64,000 nucleotides of DNA from Candidatus Cloacimonadales bacterium. GTDB lineage: Bacteria; Cloacimonadota; Cloacimonadia; Cloacimonadales; JAIOQZ01. The position numbers and the translations under genes were made by a program. Below, piece by piece: positions 8,944 through 17,675 of this stretch (its first letter is position 1; each line of letters opens with the position of its first letter). The stretch lies in the NCBI GenBank assembly GCA_963662655.2, contig CAXXTU010000002.1:32001-96000 (forward strand), written 5' to 3'. The notes below the pieces were generated by a model. The model was given only the letters and a program-made list of their open reading frames with translations, did not search any database and was not told the DNA's origin.

Positions 8944-11900
8944 CTATTTCAACAACAGCATTTTTCTGTTGAAGTGATCGTCGCCAATCTCCAGCCGATA
9001 GAAGTAAACACCGCTACCGACGGTATTGCCGCTTTCGTTTATACCTTTCCACACCGCTTCGTGCATACCCGAATCAAGTTTCTCGTTGACCAGCGTTCTG
9101 ACGAGCTGTCCTCGGATGTTGTAAATCTTCAGCGTGACGTTCTGTGCTGCGGAAGCCGGGCTCACACTGTACCGGATTTTCGTTTCGGGATTGAAAGGAT
9201 TGGGGTAGTTCTGCCACAACTGGTTTGCCACCTCGGGGGCGTTACCGTTTCCATTCGAGGAGATGTAGAGAGTGTAGTCGCAGTATTCGGAAATTTCTTC
9301 GCCACGCACGCACGCGATGCTGTAAACAAACTGCGTTTCGGTCATTTCGGTCAGATCGTCCGTAAGGTGATTACTGGTGACATTCTCCGCGATGATTTCG
9401 CCGTCGCGCTTGATCGTGAAGCTTTCTACAACGACGTCCGGGCTCACCCAGTCAATCTGGGCGATGCCTTCCGCAAAGCTTCCCTGGATATCGGTTGGAG
9501 GTAACAGCGGCATCTCCGTCTCGATCCTCACGTTGTCGACGTACCAGCCTTCGCCGCTGGTGTTGCCGTCGCTGGCAAACACGAAGCGGACGATGGCTTC
9601 GTCTCCGGCAAAATCCGCGAGATCGAAATAGACCTGCGTCCAAGTTATATCGCCTGAGAAAAGAGGTGTTTCGGATGGAAGGTGGCTGCTGTCGCCCCGG
9701 GAAAGGAATGGATAGCCGCCTTCGGGTTCTATCTGATCCCAGGAATCTCCGCCGTCGGTGGAGATTTGGACAAAACCGCCGTCGTAGGCATATCCCGGAT
9801 AGTTGTTGCTGTCTTCCGCGCCCATCCGGTGCCAGAACGTGAGCCATGCGTCTTCAGGAACGGAGAACTGAGGCCCTTCAAGCGCTGTGTACAGGTCGTC
9901 GTTATAACCGCCTGTTCCGGATGAACCGCATTTCCAGCTATATTCACCGCCTACCGTGTAGTTATCCTCGGTGCTTCGGTGCCATTGGTCGTTGGTACCG
10001 GTTGCCTGCGTGTAGTGCTCCCAATCGTAGTACGTCGTTTCGAAGTTGTCCTGGAAAGGATCGATAGTCAGGTTCAGGATGCGGCCGATCCTGTAACCGC
10101 GCTCGCAACGCATGTTCATATAGAATACGATGTTCGTCGGCGCTACGATATCCGTTCCCAGGGTGATGTTGAAATTGCCGAGTCCCACCGATGAACCGGG
10201 ATCGATATCTGAGAAGCTCAGCACATCCGGTGTGATCGTGACATCGCTGTGATCGGTACAAAGCGTTACGCTGAGCGAATCGAGGATGAAATCGCCTTCG
10301 TTTATTAAATCCGTGTCGATCCGAATTAGATCGCCGGGATCCGGAATCCCGTTCCCGTTGCCGGAGAGCTCTTCGAACACTTCGTTTTGGATACCGAAAA
10401 TCGGAACCTGGATCGGGACGGAGAAATTGTATTGCCATTCGCTCGTTCCGGAAGTGAAGGTCACCGTAAACTCCGCCTGGGTTTCGGCAGGGATATCGAC
10501 CACGGTCGCGAGCGTGAAACTCATCTCGCTCGTAACGGTCTCATGAGCTGCAACAGCTCCGAATTCCACTTCGTCCTCACCCAGCCGGATATACTCGCAA
10601 TCCGTTGTAAGGACCGCGGTCAGGTTGTCCAGTCCCTGGTTTCCAACGTTGCTGGCCGGGATCGAAACTTCAACCGCTTCGTTCCAGCCCAGGAAGTTGT
10701 TGTTGTTATCGAGGAAGGCGATTTCGCCCGGCACAATAAAGGCTTCGTCCGGCGCGATCACGTCGATTTCGCTTGTGGCGTTGAGGATGTTGTGTCCCGA
10801 TACGGAGATGGTGATCGCCCCTGGAATATCAGGGATCGTCATCAATTCTATTTGCTCCGAAACACCGTTTTGCACGATGTATCTGGCAATCAATTCGTCA
10901 TTGAAGAACGCTGCGAGAAGGATTTCTTCCACATTGTTGTCACTGACTGTGACCGTCGCCTCGAAGCTCGAAGAGCCCAGAGGTATTATCTCCGGTGTAT
11001 CGATGGTGACTTCAGCGGGTTGGTCGGACCAGATATCCAGCGTTGGATCGCCAAGCAGCGTTGACTCGAAATAGGACCACAGCATGACGGTGTTTGCGCT
11101 CAGGTAAGGTACGGTATCGTCTTTACTGTCAGCTTGCGCTTTGGAGATAACCGTGATATTCTCGCCGTAAAGCGCATCGTAGAATTCGCGCTGGAGGTGC
11201 TGGGAAGCTCCGTTGGTCTGCTGGCTGTCTCCCCACCCGTAACGTGTGTTGCCAACATAGCATGCAGCGCCGTTTTGCAAGTTGTTCCACTGCTCCGAGA
11301 TGGCGTCTTCGTCCGAGTGGTATCCGTTGGTGTCACGGTTGTCGAAGGCATTGCAATAACAACCTTGCGTATAGATGATGTAGAAGTTGTGATTCGTACC
11401 GTTGTTGGTCATGCGTGTTAGTGTTACGTCGTCAGTCTCGAACTTCATATTATAATGCGTCGAGCAATGTCCGAGATGCCCAATGAGGTTCATGCCGCTG
11501 TTCATCAGGTTGAAGAGCTGTGTTGTCGACCAGGTTCCCTGCATGTCATACAGGCCGGTTACATCGATATGCTCGGGGATGCCGACGGTGGTATAGCCGT
11601 AGTTGGATGATCCATAGTGAACTTCTTCCAGGAAATCCATACCCCAGCAGGCCCATCCCAAATCCTCTCCGACGAGCGCGTTGTTGGTGAGATCGTCGAC
11701 GACAGGTTGGGTTTGATACATCAACTGCTTGTTAACGAAATTCTCCGCTTCCTGAATGTTGTCCACGCATGCGCGTCCGCCGTAAACCTCGGCGTAGAAG
11801 TCGATTTCGTTCCATTCTCCCCAGTTGTTGTCTCCGTCGGAGTTCCAGTCGCCGTCAAGGCAGAAGAAATACATATCCGAAGGGATGTCGTCGTCTTCGT

Positions 11901-12810
11901 AGTAGCCCGGGTCAACAAGGAATCCACGGTGCGGGATATCTTCGTCGTCTCCCGCGAGGAGCACGTACTCGATACCGCAATCGAGGTATTCCGCATTGAT
12001 GTAGTTGCGGATTTTCTCCTGATCGTCGTCACCCTGCATAGCGGCCAGCACGTCATCGACATCGACGATGGTGGTTCGAATGCCAAGGCTGTTCTTGTAT
12101 TCGACCAGCGGAGCGAACGTATCGAGCAATGAGCCGATCGTGATAATTAGGTAGTCGTACGCAACGCGGTCGCGATCTTGCGCCTGTTCCGTGTATGTAA
12201 ACGCGTTCTCGGGATTGATCACCATGCGGGAGAACGCGTCGAGCGTATGTGAATCTTTGCGGACATACGGAGCGTTCTTCTGCGCTTCCGCGTCAAAGGT
12301 TGTCTCGATCGTCAAATCCAGTTCACTATAGAACTCCAGCGCGTTCTCCTGCGGGAGGTAGCGTACGGGATACAGCAACATCGTGTATACTGTGTAACCG
12401 CGATAAACTCCGGTAACTTCGTTTCCGCCCATTTCTTCCGGGAATACGGGCATGGTCGATATATCGTTGCGCATGTTCGTAAACGCCGGCGTCATCGAGG
12501 CGAGCTTGCTGAGCGGGTACTGCTGCTGCACCGGATATACGGGCGCGTGCAGGGCGATGATCTGAGCCGTTCCGTCAATCGAGAAGTCACGAACCATTTC
12601 AGCTTGGGGGAGAAGAATTTTAACCGGGTACGCAGGCAGAAATGGATCGCCCGGGTTGCCGGTATTCGCGAGTTGCGGGACAGTGACTACGCTTTTCCCG
12701 TCTTTTATCTCGATATTGGGTTGATCGAAGTTAAAATGGTACTGAATGGTTTCGGCCGCAAGACAGCAACCAACGATCAGTAAAATAACGGAGATGAGCA
12801 TTCTTCTCAT
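8944..12810 (-). CDS. Secreted gingipain-family (C25) cysteine peptidase with propeptide, Ig-like and jelly-roll domains and C-terminal T9SS/FlgD-Ig-type domain
   Basis: Signal peptide; GDPFLP propeptide motif; YVLLAGD, PSDMYF, catalytic GHLGH and QGCYC, LLGDPTL; YDGGFVQISTDGG..W; NYPNPFNPET...RKMLLLK. Confidence 0.9.
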   Translation of the reverse strand: MRRMLISVILLIVGCCLAAETIQYHFNFDQPNIEIKDGKSVVTVPQLANTGNPGDPFLPAYPVKILLPQAEMVRDFSIDGTAQIIALHAPVYPVQQQYPLSKLASMTPAFTNMRNDISTMPVFPEEMGGNEVTGVYRGYTVYTMLLYPVRYLPQENALEFYSELDLTIETTFDAEAQKNAPYVRKDSHTLDAFSRMVINPENAFTYTEQAQDRDRVAYDYLIITIGSLLDTFAPLVEYKNSLGIRTTIVDVDDVLAAMQGDDDQEKIRNYINAEYLDCGIEYVLLAGDDEDIPHRGFLVDPGYYEDDDIPSDMYFFCLDGDWNSDGDNNWGEWNEIDFYAEVYGGRACVDNIQEAENFVNKQLMYQTQPVVDDLTNNALVGEDLGWACWGMDFLEEVHYGSSNYGYTTVGIPEHIDVTGLYDMQGTWSTTQLFNLMNSGMNLIGHLGHCSTHYNMKFETDDVTLTRMTNNGTNHNFYIIYTQGCYCNAFDNRDTNGYHSDEDAISEQWNNLQNGAACYVGNTRYGWGDSQQTNGASQHLQREFYDALYGENITVISKAQADSKDDTVPYLSANTVMLWSYFESTLLGDPTLDIWSDQPAEVTIDTPEIIPLGSSSFEATVTVSDNNVEEILLAAFFNDELIARYIVQNGVSEQIELMTIPDIPGAITISVSGHNILNATSEIDVIAPDEAFIVPGEIAFLDNNNNFLGWNEAVEVSIPASNVGNQGLDNLTAVLTTDCEYIRLGEDEVEFGAVAAHETVTSEMSFTLATVVDIPAETQAEFTVTFTSGTSEWQYNFSVPIQVPIFGIQNEVFEELSGNGNGIPDPGDLIRIDTDLINEGDFILDSLSVTLCTDHSDVTITPDVLSFSDIDPGSSVGLGNFNITLGTDIVAPTNIVFYMNMRCERGYRIGRILNLTIDPFQDNFETTYYDWEHYTQATGTNDQWHRSTEDNYTVGGEYSWKCGSSGTGGYNDDLYTALEGPQFSVPEDAWLTFWHRMGAEDSNNYPGYAYDGGFVQISTDGGDSWDQIEPEGGYPFLSRGDSSHLPSETPLFSGDITWTQVYFDLADFAGDEAIVRFVFASDGNTSGEGWYVDNVRIETEMPLLPPTDIQGSFAEGIAQIDWVSPDVVVESFTIKRDGEIIAENVTSNHLTDDLTEMTETQFVYSIACVRGEEISEYCDYTLYISSNGNGNAPEVANQLWQNYPNPFNPETKIRYSVSPASAAQNVTLKIYNIRGQLVRTLVNEKLDSGMHEAVWKGINESGNTVGSGVYFYRLEIGDDHFNRKMLLLK

Positions 12811-12994
12811 GGTGGACTCCTCATGTCGATTCTTCAGCAGTTAGAATCATGCAAGGAATGTTCCATTTCGTAACATTAATGAAAGGAATCACGCAATAAG
12901 ATTGATGAATGCTTGCAAGAATGCGTCCTGACTATCCGGCGTAATGCTGCATCCGCGGACACGCGGTTCGAAAATCCTCCGCCGGTGAAATCGA

Positions 12995-15802
12995 TCAGAA
13001 GTCGCGATAGGTCTCCATACGCTCGATGTATTGCCGGATGAACTGCCTGTCGTCCTCGGGGGTTTTGGCTGTTTCGAGCCACTCCTTCATCAGCTCGAAC
13101 GACCACCAATTCAGCTTGAGACCATCATAGAGGTATTTATCGACTTTATCGCTATCATAGGGAAGGTCTCTGAGTCTTCGGGATATCATTTCAAGGAACA
13201 AGGCCACGACAAGCTCCTGATCCTGATCCGTGCGCTCGGGCGCTAGCTTGGCCTGCTTCTCGGCTTCGGCGTAGTCTCCCATGATGATGAGCAGCTCGGA
13301 GTAGCTGAGCAGCGCTCCCATGAAATCGGGTTGGAGCTCGATGGCTCTACGGTAGGTTTCGGTAGCTTCTTCGTATTTCCCGGCGTCAACGAGGATCCCG
13401 GCTCTGGAGGAAAGTAAGTCACCATTCCCCTGGTCGAGCTCAATCGCTTTGTCGATCGCGGCGAGCGCTTCGTCGTACTTCTCGAGCTCCGAGAGGTACG
13501 AAGCCTTGAACTTGTAGAACCTTGGTTCTTCCGGTTCGAGCTCGATCGCCTTGTTGATCGTGTCCACAGCTTTCCGGTAGTTTTTCTTGAAGTAGTAGCA
13601 GTGCGCCAGCATGTCGTAAACAGCCGATTGAGCGCGGTCGAGCAGTCTAAGCGATTCCTGATATGCGTTGATTGCGTTGTCGTATTGATCCAGTGAAAAA
13701 TAAAGGTCGCCCTTCAGTTTGAGATAGAAGCCCTCATCCGCATCCAGCTCGATCGCCCTTTCAATGTCCGCCAGAGCGCTCTCTTTCTGGTCGACGAGCA
13801 TTTTTACGGCGGCGCGCTGACTAAAGGCGTATGGATTCTCCGGATCGAGCGCGATGTATTCATTGAAGTCCTTCAGCGCGAAACCGTACTCGCCGTTTCG
13901 GAAGTAACTGACGCCCCGTTGCAGCCAGGCTTCGGGGTAGTCGGTATCGTGGTTGATCAGCCAGCTCAAATCCTCAATGGATTTCTCGTATTCGCCGGCT
14001 TCCTGGTAATAGATGCCTCGAAGATACAAAACATAGCGGTTGTTCGGATTCCTCTCGATGTAGGCGTCGATATCCTCGATCGCTTCTGCGAGCTTGCCCT
14101 GCATGGCGTAACTCGTACTTCGCCAGTAGAGCAGTTCGATCTTGTCGGAACCAAGCTCGATAGCGCGCGAGAAATCGTTCTCCGCTGCGGGATACTGGTC
14201 AAGCCGCGTGTTGATCTTTCCGCGAATGATAAAGGGATCGACAAGATAGGGGCTCTCCTCGATGCAAAGGGTGAGTTCTTTCTTGGCCTCCTGAAGCGCT
14301 CCCGCCTGGAACAAGGCGAGTCCCTTATGGAAATGGGTGAGATTCTCGTACTTTGTCTGGAGCGAATCGACTTCGCTTTGCATCTCGGAAACGACTTCCT
14401 CGTTGAAGAGGTCGATCGCTTCCTGAACAAGGCTTTCCGGAATGGCAAAGGCGGTTGATTCGTAGTTCATCTCTTCGACCCCGAGCTTGCTCAGGCTATA
14501 GATGTACAGCAGGTAGAATTTGTTCTTCACCTCCTCATCCGCGCTACGCTCCATTCCTCTGCGGTACATGACAGCCGCATAGCCATGCGCATCGAGAAGA
14601 CTCATCATCTGGCCGGAGAGGTAGTAGTAATCGAGCTCGGACGCGAATTGATCCGGCTTCGGGAAGAGGTTGAGCCTGATTTTTGTCATCAGGTAGATGT
14701 CTTTCGCGCTGATGGCCGGGTAGCTGTCCATATAGAGAACGTCGCACTGCTTGTAAATCTTCTCTCTGAATAGCTCGGCGAATTCCTCTTCGCGTCCCTC
14801 GCGATAGTATTCAGGGTATTGCAACATCAGCATGTAGTAGTTGAGATTGGGCGATTTGGGATAGTTCGCGAGAACCGCTTCAAGCTTCTCTTGTGCTCCA
14901 TCCGCGTATCCCTCTTCGAGCTGGTTCGTGATGGGGTCGATATCGCTTTTCAACTGGCGCGACATGATGGCGTAGTAATCCATGGCATCCTGGATGATCA
15001 ACGAGAGCGGTGTGGCGAACGCGGCGTAATTGAGGAATGTCAGGTATACCGAGCTCGCTTTATCGTACTCGCCATGCTGGATGTGAAGTAGTACCCGATA
15101 ATACTGGAGAAGTGGGCGGTCTGTCGAGAACTCGGCGTCCGCCATCCAGAAGAGCTTCTCCCGCTCGGTGAGTTGCTCGGTCGTCAACGTGTCCGGTGCG
15201 CTTTCCACGAAATCCATGTAGGTTTTCAGCGCGGGTACTTTCTCGATAACGTCCTGCATCCCGTCGACGAACAGCGGCATCGCGACTTCGTCGCACCATT
15301 TCTTATAGGCGATGTTTTGCTCCTCCAGATTCATCAGGAAGAAGTTTCTTTTATTCATGTCCTCCAGCTTTTCGAGGAAATCCTGCGGGATTTTCCCTTC
15401 CCGGGGTTGATTGCGATTGAACACGAACAGGAGCTTGAAATCTTTATACTTGGGAACTGGGACTGCATTCATATCGAGGGTCGGTTTGTAACCGGTGATG
15501 GAGGGATTGGTCTTGGCGGTTATCTGATGCTTGCCGTCCTTGTTCAAGACCATGCTGATCCATACGTTGCGCGGGATCGAATCGGCGGGAAGATCGGCTT
15601 CCAGATGGACAAGCGTGGAATCGAGCCATGCTGTAAACGCTTTGCCATCGAAGTTGAGCGGAATGGTTCGTTGATCGGAGATGAAGAGGACTTCCTTCTC
15701 TTTCAGCGGCTTTGGTTCGCCGGATTTATCGAGAGCCGGTTTCTGGGCGGTTGCACAACCCATGATGGTTAAGGTCAGAAAAATCAGTATTATGTTTCGC
15801 AT
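12995..15802 (-). CDS. Large TPR-repeat lipoprotein
   Basis: Lipobox-like TIMGC after a hydrophobic leader; more than ten TPR units in the C-terminal half. Confidence 0.8.
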   Translation of the reverse strand: MRNIILIFLTLTIMGCATAQKPALDKSGEPKPLKEKEVLFISDQRTIPLNFDGKAFTAWLDSTLVHLEADLPADSIPRNVWISMVLNKDGKHQITAKTNPSITGYKPTLDMNAVPVPKYKDFKLLFVFNRNQPREGKIPQDFLEKLEDMNKRNFFLMNLEEQNIAYKKWCDEVAMPLFVDGMQDVIEKVPALKTYMDFVESAPDTLTTEQLTEREKLFWMADAEFSTDRPLLQYYRVLLHIQHGEYDKASSVYLTFLNYAAFATPLSLIIQDAMDYYAIMSRQLKSDIDPITNQLEEGYADGAQEKLEAVLANYPKSPNLNYYMLMLQYPEYYREGREEEFAELFREKIYKQCDVLYMDSYPAISAKDIYLMTKIRLNLFPKPDQFASELDYYYLSGQMMSLLDAHGYAAVMYRRGMERSADEEVKNKFYLLYIYSLSKLGVEEMNYESTAFAIPESLVQEAIDLFNEEVVSEMQSEVDSLQTKYENLTHFHKGLALFQAGALQEAKKELTLCIEESPYLVDPFIIRGKINTRLDQYPAAENDFSRAIELGSDKIELLYWRSTSYAMQGKLAEAIEDIDAYIERNPNNRYVLYLRGIYYQEAGEYEKSIEDLSWLINHDTDYPEAWLQRGVSYFRNGEYGFALKDFNEYIALDPENPYAFSQRAAVKMLVDQKESALADIERAIELDADEGFYLKLKGDLYFSLDQYDNAINAYQESLRLLDRAQSAVYDMLAHCYYFKKNYRKAVDTINKAIELEPEEPRFYKFKASYLSELEKYDEALAAIDKAIELDQGNGDLLSSRAGILVDAGKYEEATETYRRAIELQPDFMGALLSYSELLIIMGDYAEAEKQAKLAPERTDQDQELVVALFLEMISRRLRDLPYDSDKVDKYLYDGLKLNWWSFELMKEWLETAKTPEDDRQFIRQYIERMETYRDF

Positions 15803-15959
15803 GAAGCCTCCGTTGACACAAGGAACAAATTCGACATCGTATGATGTCACTGTTTGAAGAACCCGTTTTTTGTCACGATATTACGCTGTTTTTCAATTGA
15901 TTTCTGTGATTTGCACATGCTTTCTCCCCAGAGGGACATCGACCGACGGGTGAACGGGT

Positions 15960-16307
15960 TTACCCGATGCCTTTTCTGAAGATGAAATAGACAGCTCCGA
16001 GAAGGCAAAGGCTCGCCCACAGATAGTCGAGCGTGAGTCGTTGTCGCATGTAAAACACACAGAACGCCGCGAACACCGTCATGGTGATTACTTCCTGGAT
16101 GATCTTGAGTTGTGGAAGCGAATAGCTCTGGAATCCGATGCGGTTCGCAGGGACTTGCAGGCAGTATTCGAAAAGGGCGATTCCCCAGCTAATCAGAATG
16201 ACGACGATCAGCGGCCGCGTGCTGAAGTCCTTCAGGTGACCGTACCAGGCGTACGTCATAAAGAGGTTGGAGCCAACCAGCAGAAGTAATGGGAGAAGCA
16301 GTTTCAT
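15960..16307 (-). CDS. Small DMT-family membrane protein (DUF486-like)
   Basis: SNLFMTYAWYGHLK, SWGIALFEYCLQVPANRIG, QLKIIQEVIT. Confidence 0.85.
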   Translation of the reverse strand: MKLLLPLLLLVGSNLFMTYAWYGHLKDFSTRPLIVVILISWGIALFEYCLQVPANRIGFQSYSLPQLKIIQEVITMTVFAAFCVFYMRQRLTLDYLWASLCLLGAVYFIFRKGIG

Positions 16308-16535
16308 CGATACCTCGATCAATATAAGAATTTCGCGAATGGTTTCCCGGCATCGCGTTCGGTGTCAAATGCTTTCTTGCTATCGAGTCGGAGGCGGGAA
16401 AATATAGCGGTAAAGGGGAAATCGAGATGGAGATTTTCCGTGGATGCAAAAGTTCATTGACAAAACTTTTGCGATCCGTAGATAGGAACCTTTTACCGGT
16501 TGTGGCTTTCTACGACCGAGGAACTGGAGGTTTTT

Positions 16536-16985
16536 ATGTTCCTTCATACCCTGAACGATCAGGAAAAGCAAGCCTACCTGCGAATCGCGCAATACGCGCT
16601 CAACATTGACTTCGACTTCTCCGTGTGCGAAGAAAACATGCTCAGAAACCAGTGCCACGAAATGGAGATTGCTTATGACGAGCTTGATCTGAGCGATTTC
16701 ATTCTCGAAGACCATCTGGCAATATTCGAAACCGAGCAATCGAAGCGGATCATGTTCATCGAAGTCGTTTCGCTCATGTTTATGGACAAGCATCTCGAGC
16801 CGCTCGAGAAAAAGCTGCTGGATCGAATCGACAAGTACTTCGGTTTCGAGGGCGAATTCATGAACAATGCGACCCAATACGCGCGACAATACATCGAAGC
16901 GTACTACCGCGGCAGGATGCTCGTGTTCAATAACGGCCACGACGAGTTGAGAGACCCGGGTGATCTGGAGAGCCTCGACTCGTAG
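16536..16985 (+). CDS. Hypothetical protein, TerB-like fold possible
   Basis: MFLHTLNDQEKQAYL.IA...D......E..ML pattern repeated as D..L...EKKLL..I; strong GGAGG RBS. Confidence 0.55.
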   Translation: MFLHTLNDQEKQAYLRIAQYALNIDFDFSVCEENMLRNQCHEMEIAYDELDLSDFILEDHLAIFETEQSKRIMFIEVVSLMFMDKHLEPLEKKLLDRIDKYFGFEGEFMNNATQYARQYIEAYYRGRMLVFNNGHDELRDPGDLESLDS

Positions 16986-16991
16986 AGAGTG

Positions 16992-17540
16992 TTAGTTAAT
17001 CTCGGCTCCCGAGATGGTTCTGCCGTCTTTGTTGAAGACGATCTCCGAGGTTTTCCAGCGATTCATGGGGTAGATCCAGTTGTTGAGTTTTGTGGAAAAC
17101 GTCGAACGGTTCGGGGGATACCCCCACGACACCAGAACGGCTTCTTTGCTCATACCCTGGCAGATAACGCCCTTCACGATCGCGTCGACTTCCATTTCGG
17201 TGAAATCCGCCGTAAGCGCTTTGAAATCTTTGTCGGTGAACATCCGCGCTTTCAGGTCGTCGAGGGTGAAGTCTTCGCCCTGAACGCGACTCTGGATATA
17301 GACCTTGAATGATTTCTCGTATTCCGGTGTGTTGAACGCCAGATACATTCGCGTTTTGTTATCCGTCTTGATCTCGATCCGATCGACCAGCGTTCCGGCA
17401 GGCACCATCGTTCCGCGCTTGTAATTGCAGGAGAAAATGATGTCCGGTTTTTCGATCCAGATGTTGTAGGCGAGATACGTTTGAGCAAAACAGATACAGG
17501 TCACGGTCAACAGAACAATCGATAATATCACCTTGCGCAT
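16992..17540 (-). CDS. Exported hypothetical protein with SmpA/BamE-like C-terminal motif
   Basis: Signal peptide; GMSKEAVLVSWGYP...WIY...IVF...G. Confidence 0.6.
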   Translation of the reverse strand: MRKVILSIVLLTVTCICFAQTYLAYNIWIEKPDIIFSCNYKRGTMVPAGTLVDRIEIKTDNKTRMYLAFNTPEYEKSFKVYIQSRVQGEDFTLDDLKARMFTDKDFKALTADFTEMEVDAIVKGVICQGMSKEAVLVSWGYPPNRSTFSTKLNNWIYPMNRWKTSEIVFNKDGRTISGAEIN

Positions 17541-17675
17541 GGCAGCCTCCGCTTGGATTTTTTTCTCAATTCGTATTGATATCATAAAAATCTGTCAATC
17601 TGAATGAGTTGTCAAGTAAATCTCATGACTCTCTTTTCTTGACATGAAAGGGTATGAATAAATGATACGCATCAA

